A DNA stretch of 63,476 bases, the filler included, from Intoshia linei (lineage: Eukaryota > Animalia > Orthonectida): NCBI GenBank assembly GCA_001642005.1. It is 6 parts of 6 records of this genome, joined end to end, with 100 filler letters (N's around TTAATTAATTAA, not from the genome) between each part and the next. Parts side by side here need not be neighbours in the genome. Positions count along the whole stretch, not along the records: positions 1 to 16,546 come from LWCA01000876.1; 5 more parts are not named here. One strand, 5' to 3'. How positions within the stretch are numbered: the stretch's first letter is position 1; each line of letters opens with the position of its first letter. A program made the position numbers and the translations under genes. The notes below the pieces were generated by a model, which was not told the DNA's origin, ran no database searches, and saw nothing but the letters and a program-made list of their open reading frames with translations. Shown piece after piece: positions 1 through 11,643 of this stretch.

Positions 1-124
1 GCAAAATATTTGTTGAAATTTTTATCAATATTAATAATAAATTTAGAGAAACTGTTCTAATATATTCAACAAAATAAAATTCAGGGCGATCTTATTTAAT
101 GATCTAATTAGTGAGCCAATAATT

Positions 125-448
125 ATGTTAATTATGTTAACTCCTCAAATCCTTAAAAGTAGACACCTCCTATGTAATGAAGAAAAAACTAAACATCATG
201 TTGTTAGCAGGAAAAATAAGGATGGTTCCTGGAGAAAGTGTAAATACCTTGTATCCAAGCTAAATACTGATGATGACATAATAGACAGAACATCTCTAAC
301 AAATAACGCCATGAATAACCTGAGTCAAGTATGGAAAAGTAACCTACCTATAAATACCAAAATGATAATCTTTAATGCTATAGCTTTTCATTTGTATGGG
401 TCTCATGCAGATCCTCGAAAAAAGTTTTCATTTTGTTGTCTAGTGTAA
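125..448 (+). pseudogene. Non-LTR retrotransposon reverse transcriptase fragment
   Basis: CKYLVSKL...DIIDRTSLTNNAMNNLSQVWKSNLPINTKMIIFNA resembles the LINE RT thumb region (FKYLGS..I..RI..A..AF..L..IW....K..IF); truncated. Confidence 0.65.
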
Positions 449-1181
449 TAGTAGAAACTATTTATTTTATAAGTAATTTTATGCAAACAAATCAATTTTT
501 GAAGTTGATAATATCAAATCAGGATTAATTTTAATAAATGTATCATTCAAATGCAATTAATGTAACAATAATGATATAATAATAACTATAGAATTCTAAT
601 TAAAATTTTAATCAAGTATTATTTTACGATGATATATTGATAAAAATTAAATAATTTACATATTTATTACATACTCAAAGGACTCAAAATAGGTCTTAAA
701 ATTAAAAAGTCTGCCCTCGACAAAACTAGCTACTTTTTGTATGAAATAAATAACGGTCAAATTATTTTCAATATAAAAGTAAATAAATATTTTTATAATG
801 TATAAATAATTACATCTATAAATTAATATAATCCATCATAATGAGTATATTTTAATTTGGTTAAGATAAAAAAATCATACATGGACGGTTTTTGTTTATG
901 TTTAATCTGATTTTGCAAAGTTGCGATGGAACAGTACTACATGTATAAAAGTATCGGAATTCAATAATTATTGAATTCATTAGATTATAATCTAATGACA
1001 CCGTGACGAATAATTTATAAACTTTGTTTTTATCTTTGCGTTTTTATTATGTATTTTAATATAGTAACCCTCTTACATTGTAACGCAGTTCTTCTCAAAG
1101 AGGTTCGCTATGTAGCAGGGATTCACCGCTAAATTTAGTAAGTTTATTTAGATAAATAAGTTTAAAATCTAAATTAACTAG

Positions 1182-1502
1182 AACAACGAAAATATCAGAC
1201 CGTAAGTAAAAATACATTCTTTATTTAAACATGTAGGCTTTATTTTAAAAAAATATAAACAGTTTTTAGTACATGTAGTGTATTGTCTCGAAGTTTAAGT
1301 AAATTGTTTAGTCTTAAGTTTTATATTAAATTAATGCATTGATTGATGTTGATTTAATTGATAGTCGTGTTTAATATAATTTTTAGATTGAATACATGAT
1401 TGTTCATTTTGACGATAAAAATAGAAAAGCTCAATTTTCACTTAAATCCCCAGAAATTAGAGAATATTTTGGAAATATTGAACAAAAATATGCAGCTAAA
1501 GG
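1182..1502 (+). CDS. Exons of an unknown gene (partial)
   Basis: Micro-exon 1182-1201 (..QRKYQT, donor gtaag) and AG/GT-bounded exon 1387-1502 (IEYMIVHFDDKNRKAQFSLKSPEIREYFGNIEQKYAAKG); start and end not resolved. Confidence 0.35.
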
Positions 1503-1717
1503 GTATTTTTTTGATATTTCAATTAGGATTTTTTAATTAAGATTATGCACACATCATTTATATGTACAGATTATTTATCTTTTAAAATTGTCTAACGTAA
1601 TGTTTTAAAAATGTATTTAATATTATTTTTTTTGGCCGAGTTCCATGATATTGTTTAGTTAGGATTGGATTGGGATGGATCATCAATTCTGTAACATTAT
1701 TTTTGATTCATCTGACC

Positions 1718-2117
1718 CAGTGTTTCTCAACCTTTTTTACTGCGCAGAACCTTTATGAAAATTCAAAAAATCGCGGCATCTAAAAGCATGATCAAAATTT
1801 TTTTTCGCATGTCGAATATATAAAACAATTTGATTTTTAATTAAAAAATTACGCTTCTAATATTGAAAACACATAAATTTTTTAATAATGAAATGTATTT
1901 ATCTTTCTCAATGAGAAATTTTGGCCTGATATTTTTTACAGAATTTTTATACATTAGACATTATATTTAATTTTTATTAAAGAATATATTTAACTTAACA
2001 TTAACTTAACTTAAACTTAAAAACAACAGTAATTTAGAAAAACATTAAATTGAAAAATATCGCATTTATATTTCACGGAACCTCTGGGTTCCGCGGAACA
2101 CGGGTTGAGAACCACTG
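1718..2117. mobile_element. hAT-type MITE
   Basis: TIRs cagtgtttctcaacc / ggttgagaaccactg; perfect 8-bp TSD ATCTGACC at 1710-1717 and 2118-2125. Confidence 0.9.
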
Positions 2118-3517
2118 ATCTGACCAAATAACCTTTTTTCATAGTGCGTTTGGTTCTTTAATAAAGGATAGTTTTTTCGCTTAAACTTTTAGATATAAAT
2201 TTTAGCTATCTAATTTATTGAATTTAGTAGCATTTATTACATTTGCCTAATATTTTGGCACACTTGAAAATTTAAAAAAATAATGATATGTTTTTGTTAT
2301 TAATAATAACAAATAACTTCTATATTATTGATATGAAAGAGTTTTTGTTGGAAATTAACTATTTATTTTTTTAATATAAATTGAGAATCAATTAAAAGTT
2401 AATTAATGCCGAAAAAATATAAGTTTTGATATAATTAAAATTAATTACACAACTTTTAGTGATTTGCATAATAATTTTGCAGTGTGTTTGTTATTATTCA
2501 AAGAGTCATCATACGAAATACATTAAAACCAAACATTATTATTAATATTCAATTATATTAATTATCTAAATTAAATTATCTAAATTAAACATACGTTAGT
2601 ATTTTTAGGTCTTGTTTTTTGACATACTTATGATCAGGGATTGAAAATAATTGATTGCAATCAATTATTTTGTATAAAGTAATTAATTGTTTGCTAAATA
2701 TTAATTTTCAATTAATTGGTTTTTTTCGTATAACTGAAAAAAAAATAAATTGAATCCTTTTATTGACGAATGATTGGATGAAAAAATTAATTAAATTTTT
2801 TTATGTAGTTCAAAAATTAAATTAATAATTATACAATATTAAGGTGTCAAGTTGATGGCTAGGGGCTAGGTTCGAATCAAGATTTGAACATATTTTTATT
2901 TAAGATGAACTTATCTGAGTTCTTATCTGCCAATCATTACAAACTTCAAGTTATCAAACACTCGTTACTACAGTATAAATAGGAACATAATTATGTTTAA
3001 ATGGTTAAACCAGTTAATAAACCGATTCAATGGTTTATGGTTCTGAACCAAACCAAACCATGAACAGGTCTAGTTTGCAATCAATTAATTCCAATCCAAG
3101 AATTTAAAATAAAAATAAATTTTTTTTGATATATTTTTCAATTTTTCTGCTTATACAAATTGATCAATAAAAAAAATTCTAGAAACCTTTGAAAAGAGCC
3201 AAACCTTGAGGGAATACTCGAGTATAGCCTAAATAATTTACGGTATGAATATTTTGAAATCGATTAAATATACAATAAGTATAATAAATATATATAAATG
3301 TAAATTTACATTGTAGACTTTTGGCAAAAAACAATGAATGGTAAAAATAAGACAAAGATTAATCACAAAGTTGAAAGAAATGTCAAACAAAATAAACAAC
3401 CAATACATTTTAATTTTATTATAAATGAAATGGCATAATTTAGACTAATTGGGATAAATTTGTAACAAACATAAAATTAGTGACAAGTGTAAATATGTAC
3501 AAAATTTCTTGGAAAGG

Positions 3518-4759
3518 TTAATCTACAGAAATATTGTTGATGGCGTCATTATGAGTAATAGAAGAAACGTCCAATTGCGTCAAGGAAGTATTAAATGATT
3601 CCGTTATTTGGTTATATTCAAATTTCTCTGGTTCGTCATTTTTGCTTTGAGAATCAGTATCATACGTGCCATTAGTTTGTGTTTCCTGCAATTCAATGTA
3701 GCTACCATTTTGTTTTTCTGGTTCAATTTGATCATTGATAAATTTAATTCTCAAAAATTCGTGCGGGTTTCGAATAATTGGTGTAGATTTATTAGTAGGT
3801 TTTTGACCATTTGTATGTATATTGATGGAACACGGACACACCATGCATTTGTGTTTGAACGAAATATTATAAAAAATTGCTCCTTTAGAATCAACATTCT
3901 TAAAAACAGAAGGAGTTCCAATACTGCTAAAATCTTCAACATTGTTATTTTCCACGTCTTCGATAGTTAAATGTTTCTTAATGTGCGTTTTGCATTTATC
4001 GCGACGATAAAAACTCCTCTGACAAAATCGACACGCGAATCGTCTCAATCCGGTATGAATGGGTCTATGACGTAAGAGGCTACTCTTTATGGTAAAAAAT
4101 TTGCCGCAATCGTGACAAATGTACGAATAATGCAAGTCCATACAATGTTTGAAATACACATTAACACCGTTCATTACTAATTTACACTGAGTGCATTTAA
4201 TACTTCCGCTAATATTTTCACCTTCTCCGAGATATTCACCGATTTCTTCCAAATTAAACCTACTATCCGCAGTTTTCCGTTTTTTCGGCTTGATAAAACC
4301 TTGCTCGCTTTGATAACTCATATTGATCGAATTTTCTCTAGTTAACTCTGCCGTCTCCTCCATGTCGACTTTATTGTTGACTGGAATATATTCTTGGGAT
4401 TGAACATGTATATATTTCCTTTTAGGTAACTCAGAAACAGTGGTCCCATTGTTGAAATCATCAACAGATAATTGAAAAATTGGTTTTTTCTGTACAGAAT
4501 TGACACTATAGGTACCATTACAAATATTGAACTTTAAAGGTTTTGAACGTTTCCGTTTATTCCGAATTAACAAATTTGACACAAATTTTGAATTCGATGA
4601 CAAAGATTTTTCCAATTTAAGACACATTTCGCTATTATCGTCAATTTTAATAGCAAAAGCGCCCAAAAGATTCAAATCCTTCATATACGGTATATTTGCT
4701 TTACAAAGATCGACTATAGCCTCACCAATATTTGAAGCATTTTGCGTAAGGTTTGCCAT
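3518..4759 (-). CDS. C2H2 zinc-finger transcription factor (uninterrupted CDS)
   Basis: Three C2H2 fingers (CTQC..H..H, CHDCGKFF..LLRHRPIH, TGLRRF linker, CRFC..H..H); 413-aa ORF. Confidence 0.9.
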   Translation of the reverse strand: MANLTQNASNIGEAIVDLCKANIPYMKDLNLLGAFAIKIDDNSEMCLKLEKSLSSNSKFVSNLLIRNKRKRSKPLKFNICNGTYSVNSVQKKPIFQLSVDDFNNGTTVSELPKRKYIHVQSQEYIPVNNKVDMEETAELTRENSINMSYQSEQGFIKPKKRKTADSRFNLEEIGEYLGEGENISGSIKCTQCKLVMNGVNVYFKHCMDLHYSYICHDCGKFFTIKSSLLRHRPIHTGLRRFACRFCQRSFYRRDKCKTHIKKHLTIEDVENNNVEDFSSIGTPSVFKNVDSKGAIFYNISFKHKCMVCPCSINIHTNGQKPTNKSTPIIRNPHEFLRIKFINDQIEPEKQNGSYIELQETQTNGTYDTDSQSKNDEPEKFEYNQITESFNTSLTQLDVSSITHNDAINNISVD

Positions 4760-5802
4760 TAAAGATTGATAAATGATCTAAAATTTACATTAAAGTAAAG
4801 AAACATAAAATGAAACTTTTCGTTCATGATTATAAAAAATTTTGTAAATGTTGAAAAACACAATCTTGGTAATATCATATCTTGGTAATCAAATGGGCTA
4901 ACTACGTTATTGTGTGTTGGTAATATCTATAAACCAATATTTGTTTACATAGATACTAGGGATAATTTTAACATTTGGGAAAAATCATTTTAAATATGTC
5001 AATAAAGTCGTACAGTATAAAGTACTCGCAAGTTCAAGTTTTACAAATTCACTAAAATTTTAAATTTAATTTAAAAATACCAAATTCAGTAGGATATATT
5101 GAGCACTTTATAAAAAATAAATTGATTAAATTTTAGTCCCGCCACAAGTAACAAGGCTTCGTGTTAAAATGTGTATCTATAGTTTTCACATTCTGTACAT
5201 TCACACTATTGCAATTACCATAATTCCTAGTATGTCACATTTAGCAGACTCGATCTAAAAGCACAAAGGAATACCAGTCACCATGCTACAAAAGTATTAT
5301 CTGCGCCATAAAAATATCATGTTGATAAGCAATGCATGCAACCACTACAGTGCACTGTAATTACAAGTTGATAAGGTTAGGCAGAGCCAGATAACGATTA
5401 CATTGAGATGTACAATGTGCGTTCAATGCCCAAGAAAGATAAACTACTGAATTTTACTGAATCACAATTTGTGATATCTTCGATACATCATTGTTTTGCC
5501 TAAATTTCATTATCGCTTTAAGGAATTTTAAACTTTGATATCTAATTCATTTATTGGAATTTAGGTTATTAACTAATGTTACAATTATTATTTATTCCCA
5601 TAAACTATTGGGAATAAGTAAACTTGAAAGTATGTTAACATCAAAGATCAAACCATTACATTTGCATGTATTTGAATTCAGTGACACGGACAATGTCATC
5701 CATTCACTATTCATAATTGTCGCACCCACACTGAAACGATTTAATAAAAATTGTAGTCAATATTTACTAAAATGATTATATTACAAAGCGATGGAAGTAA
5801 AA

Positions 5803-8430
5803 TTATCTGAATCGTTTTCTGGGAGGTTCTTCATATCTTCTATAACCGCGTCTTGCATTCCTATTCTCGTGTCTGTCAGCATTTCTCTTGTATAAATCCT
5901 GATAAGGAACATTGCGTCCATCATTTGGATATTCTAATCTACTTTTGACGTTCGGTCTGGGATTAACCTTGTAATCTGAAAACATATTTTGTTGGCGGTT
6001 AATTATTTCGTCTATCCTTATAGGTCGCTTAAAAAGGTGAATGCCGTTCAAAGTTTGCATTGAATAATGAACACTGACTTTGTCTATAAATTCCACAAAA
6101 CCTTTATTTACATGTTCTGTATCTTTTTCTACCTTGACCATCGATAAGGGAGCAATCTATTAAATATATATTATAGAATTACAACAATGTATTATTATAC
6201 TTATTATATTTTTAAATACTAACGGTGCTTTCACTTTTTTAGTAAAATTCAAAATTTGGTCATTTTTTTAAGTGATTTAAAAAAATTAAGATCTCTAAAC
6301 GCTAATTTTTTCGTTAAATATAAATACAGGAAAATGAATGTGAATTCAGGTTTAAATTAATTAATTAAACTTTAATTGGTACTGAATATTGCAGTTTTTC
6401 TCGTCGGTGCATACATCAAAATGTAAATATACAAATTTACTTAGCAAAAAATTCTGACAAATGTGAATGTATCTTTATTTTACAATACGGGTCCAAAAAT
6501 AGAAGCGGTTCAAAAAAAAAATTCATTTAATGCAGGGATGGGTAACCTTTTGCGTCTCGTGGGTAACTTTTTTATATCAAAACATTTTACAGGTACCGTT
6601 TTTGAAAATTTACATATGATACATTTAAATTTCAACTGAAGAGAAACAGTTCTAGTATATTTGAAATAACATCCAGGGCAATCTGAAAATTCAAAATTAA
6701 AATGATTATGAGCCAATTATAGTAGAAAATGTTTAAAACTGTGTTTAACCCTTACGAGACAATTTCATGTATAAATTCCAAAAACTACACTCATAAATTG
6801 ACATTGGTTTGTATACAAAACAAAAAAAGGCGGTACCACTATAAATTATGAACAAATTACTGCTCATACCATAAGATGTAATATGCATAAAAATTAATTT
6901 TATTATAAATGTTTACTTCGTGCCAACAATAAAATAAATTACAGTCAACCCTCTATAAGATGAACCCCTATAACGTGAACTTCTCCAATAATCAACAACT
7001 CAAAAAATTTGTTAGTTTACTATGAAAAAAGTAAATTAATCCTGAACATTCTACTACGTGAACGATGAACATGATTTATCGAAATTAAAATGAAGTTCTT
7101 ATTGTTATTCCCAATTATTGTATACAAAACGTGCTTTTCGAAAAATTTTTATTTTTGCAACATTAACAAAGAAAATTTAAAAAAAGATTAAAGATTTAGC
7201 TGCATCTACAAAAAAATAACTAATTCGTTTGTTTGATGAAGACAAACGTAGTACACAACGTTTTCTTGCTTCAAAACACAATGTATACAATAACCATTGA
7301 AAAAAATATTACATATGAAGAAAATCAAATGTCTGAACTTAAAGACCCAGAAATCTTACCTGTTACCCATTATGAAGCTAATAATCATGCTAACAAATTA
7401 CAAACATTTTTTATGATTCATAACCCAGAAAAATTATCAAGTGTATGAACTTTAATGCAGGAAATAAAGTCTGAAAAATTGGCAAGATTATCAAAAATAA
7501 TTGATTACTTTGGTTCTACCAAAGAAAGAAAAAAATGAATTGATATAATTATTATAATAGTGTTAATTATTTATTTATCTTTGTATAATGTAAAAGACTT
7601 ATATATATAAATAAGTTAAATATTTTTTTGTGAATTAATATCATATCAACTTTAATGTTACGATATATTTTATTGCTAATTCTAAGCCAAATTTAAGTTG
7701 TTCACTTTACAGATCAATGACATTTGAAATTTCTGAATTTTAAGCTTTAAATTTTAGTGTTTTTTTCAAAACTTCAAAAGTGAAATTTTTTGCTTTCATT
7801 TTTGAAAATCAGCAGTCTCGTCATGGTTAAAAGTTGAAAAATAAATAAAATACGTATTTACTCAAATAACCACCAAAATTATTATAAGTCATTTTTGGAC
7901 TGCGGGCCACTGGTTGCCGACTCCCGATGTAATGTAAGGTTTTAATTCAGTAATTCTAAAAAAAGAACATTAAAATTAACGTGTGCGAAATACCCTTTTC
8001 TGTTAATGTAGAAATGAATTACTCTATTTCAACTTATCATAAACATTTTATCTTGGTCCTTTAATTTTTATAAACATGAAATATAAAATGAAAATTTTTA
8101 ATTTTTTATCATAAGATTTGGTAAAATCGTTTTTCAAAAAAATATTGGAAAAAAGTGATATTTCCATAAGGTTTGGTTAAATTGGTTTTTTATATTGTAG
8201 TTAATTTAAGTAGATTTTTCAAAAAATTTTGTGGTAATCTGCATTTGGAACCTGTAACTATTTGCAAAAAATATTAAATTAACTCACAAATTAAAAAAAT
8301 CAAAAGTACAACTCAATAATAGAACATAAAAAATAAAAACCTGCAAAAATAATTCAAATAGTATATCTTCTGTGACATCTTTATCCAAATTATAAACACA
8401 TACTGATTTATCAACATCCAAGTACGACAT
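5803..8430 (-). CDS. RBM7: RNA-binding protein 7 (NEXT complex RRM protein); 2 exons 8430-8341 and 6156-5803
   Basis: MSYLDVDKSVCVYNLDKDVTEDILFELFLQ|IAPLSMVKV..GFVEF..SVHYSMQTLNGIHLFKRPIRI matches the RBM7/RBM11 RRM (VTEELLFELF..AGP...VPYAMNLLNGIKLYGRPIKI); phase-0 GT-AG intron filled with TEs. Confidence 0.8.
6749..7826. mobile_element. piggyBac-like non-autonomous element
   Basis: TTAA|cccttacgagac ... gtctcgtcatgg|TTAA. Confidence 0.7.
6942..7720 (+). mobile_element. pogo/Tigger-like deletion derivative
   Basis: TA|cagtcaaccctctataa left TIR; ORF remnant 7233-7448 and ..KIIDYF resemble a pogo transposase C-terminus; right end degenerate. Confidence 0.5.
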
Positions 8431-9024
8431 TTTCAATTAAATTTATTACGAAATAACAATTCAACTTAATTTTTCAATTGCACTATCCTTTACATAGAAA
8501 CGTAATCTGAATCAATATTTAATAAGTTATTTTTATCGGTTCTTAAATTATTAATCTGATGTATATTGCCCTGTATCTTTTCCTAAAGTCGCAGACTACA
8601 AGTAGTTTTAATAATTTTTTACCTAATTAGTTTACGGATTTAACTTTTTGCATTAAGATTCGAGGTTAACGATATTTTTTCATTATAGGTTCTTCAATTT
8701 TTATATATTACTAATGTACTAATAACAGAATATGACTAAGGTTTATCAGCTGCGTTACAATCGTTACATCAGCATATAAGAAATTTTTAGACTCAACAAT
8801 TTTATGGGTGTAAATAAATGCATTCATAAGTAATCTAATGGTCTTAGGACAATGACCATGCCGCTGTCCGGTTTGCCGTACTCACGAACAAAGGACTACG
8901 ATATAAATTTTAACGAAAAACACGATAATTGTAATTTACAACGAATTAATTATTAATTAATTATCGTACACAATACGTCTCCATGTAACAGTTGCATAAA
9001 CGACAATAAATAAAATAAAAAATA

Positions 9025-9033
9025 GCGCGAAAA
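9025..9033 (-). promoter_or_regulatory. E2F-like site upstream of CDT1
   Basis: TTTTCGCGC on the minus strand about 100 nt upstream of the CDT1 ATG, in the RBM7/CDT1 divergent interval; CGCG is rare in this AT-rich DNA. Confidence 0.5.
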
Positions 9034-9130
9034 TAAAGTTTTACAATAAAAGAAAACATTTGTACATAAATTTTGCATTCGCTATCAAGCAAACAACAAT
9101 CAAATTGAAAAAGCATTGATAAATTTTAAA

Positions 9131-11579
9131 ATGGATAAAAAAGCGAATCAAATGAAACAAACCAATATGGAAAATTACTATGTAAACTCTAAAGTTATTC
9201 GACCACAACAGTCCAAAACTTTACTTTTGGATGACAAAAAGAGGACTCCGAAACGACAAAATAAAATTAAAAAAAGTTGTAAACCGGTTAAAAAAATGAA
9301 TGAAAAATCCAACACAATTAAACAAAAAATTGATACTGGCAAACGCAAACCTTTAAAAATTGACCCTGTTAAAGTCAAAAATGCTCTCAAGAAATGTACA
9401 AACCTAAATGAATTGAAAAGTAAATTGATTCAATTTGATAAAAATGTTATACAGTCCGAAATTGGATATAGTTCACCAAATTTTCATCAAGACGATAATA
9501 TCGTTTCCATTTTAAACAAAAGTCCCTTAAAAAAAGCCATGCACAGTAAAATATCTTTTAATAAATCTGTCTCTCGCAAATTGGATTTTTCTAGGTATTA
9601 CATTATTCTTATATTACGAGAATCCAAAATATATTTTTTATAGATGTGAAATTAACGAATCAACCAGTTCAAAATTTGCTAGTTTGACTTCACTTGATAA
9701 TTTGCCAATGCCCATCAAGTTTAGTAATTTATTGGACACTTTTAAAACTTTGGATACTGTGTTGGGTATGTTTGGTCAACGAAAGGAAACTGCCACTTTT
9801 GGTCGTATCAAAAGTGTTGTTGAAAGGATGACAAGAAGGTTTTTATTTTAATTTTATATTGATTACAAATCACTATAATCTTCATTATCATGTATGTTTG
9901 CATAGCCCCGTCTGCAAAGTATCACACCTTAAAAACGAAAGATATTTTTGTATTCAAGGGTTCATGATAATTGGCTTTGAAAATTCATGAATTAAACAAA
10001 TAAAATACTAATATACAATCATTCATGTTATTTTATCTGTCATTGCATCTGTTGCTTTTAATTTAATATTAATTTTAGAAATTTTACAAAAAAGGCTATA
10101 TATCAAATTGTTACAGTTTTTCCTGAAGCATATATAGTGGAACAAATTAAAAATATTCCATTGCCATCTTGTATAGAACCATCCTCTGAATATCAATTGT
10201 GTATTAGATATAAAAATGGTAATTTTAAAAGCATCAAATAAGTATTTCAAGCATGGTGCTTAGATTTTTTTCCATCTAAGAAAATTTATAAATTAATTAT
10301 AAATATTATTTAAAACTTATTAATCATTAATTTGGTACTGATCCAAATAATTTGCTTCAGTGTCACTTGAAGAAAACCCCAATTTAAATTTTTTGCAAGA
10401 GTTTACAGAAAATGAATTATTTACAATTTAAATTAAATTAATAGAACCGATTGATAAGTTGTGCGATTATTACAAGAGAAGAAAGATACAATTTCACGAA
10501 ATGTTGTTGGAACGAGTGTATACAGCTCATGATAATTTTTTACAAAAAGTTTCCAAAAAATTGAAGGTAGATATCAAAGTGGATAAGACGGATATTATAA
10601 GATGGCATGTTGATTTTATGCCAGATAAACATGTTGAAGATATTGAGGAAGCTGAGCATATTCAATATAAAAATCAAAAAGTTTTAAAAACTGCAGATCA
10701 GGTCCTGTCAGAAATTTCAAAGCAGTGTTTCACCAAAAAAGTAATTTTTAATTTAATACGGAAATGGTAGGTGGGCGTATAGCATTAAAAACATTCAATT
10801 TTAAGAGGTGAAAAATCGTAGGAAGTAGCATTAATTAATGTTAAAAGGCTTAAAAATTGATATGTAATAATGTAGCTTAACCAGTTTGGTATAAAGATCC
10901 GTACCCTGTCTGTGATCGGTAAAATAGGGAAATTTTCAAATATATTTGACCCTTGAATTGAGGCCGTCATAAAATTATCACACGTGATGCTAGTTTAACA
11001 AAAAAGTAATTTAATATTTTTAACAATTTATAATTTTAGATGCAAGAAGCTTATAAAATGGCTGAAATCATTAGAAAATGTTCGCTAAAATCAGATAAAC
11101 TTGATACAATCCAAGAAAAAACTATTGAATCAAAAGACCTGGATAAAAAATACAAAGGCATATCGAAAAAACTGTTAAACAAGGTTAGATCGACACAAGC
11201 AGCAAAAACATATGTAGATATGACTCGTAATAGTTCAGCACAAAAAATGATTAGCAAATATTCCAATGTACCAGAAATTGCGAGAATTATCCGAGTTTTC
11301 TTCATTCTAAACAAAACGAAATGCTTACCATACAGCCAAGTCATTAATAAAATTATGGACAGTCTACCAAATTCAATCTCAGAAGGTTTTTAAAAATTTT
11401 TTTAATAATTTGTCATCATAGATGAAATACATTCATCTCTAGAAGCTTTGATTCAAGTTTATTCTGAATGGATATCATTTGTGCAGGTCAACAATGTAAA
11501 ATATGTAAAAACTAGCAATATTACTATGAACTATGCTGATTTATTAGGAAAAATCAACGCTATTAAAAAAACATTTTAG
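9131..11579 (+). CDS. CDT1: DNA replication licensing factor Cdt1 (multi-exon)
   Basis: N-terminal PIP box QTNMENYY; LPMPIKFSNLLDTFKTLDTVLGMF..RKETATFGRIK; IIRWHVDF..VEDIEEA; YKGISKKLLNKVR..DMTR..VPEIARIIRVFF; final exon ..EWISFVQV..YVK..; stop at 11577-11579. Confidence 0.93.
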
Positions 11580-11643
11580 ATTTTTATATAATTTGTGTAA
11601 ACGTTTAATAACATTTATAAATATTTTAACCGTACTGACTTTA

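Larger units (their letters stand above)
6533..7926. mobile_element. hAT MITE split by nested insertions (RBM7 intron)
   Basis: Ends cagggatgggtaacc / ggttgccgactcccg; near-TSD atttaatg/atgtaatg; uninterrupted reverse-oriented relative at 18750-19059. Confidence 0.75.
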
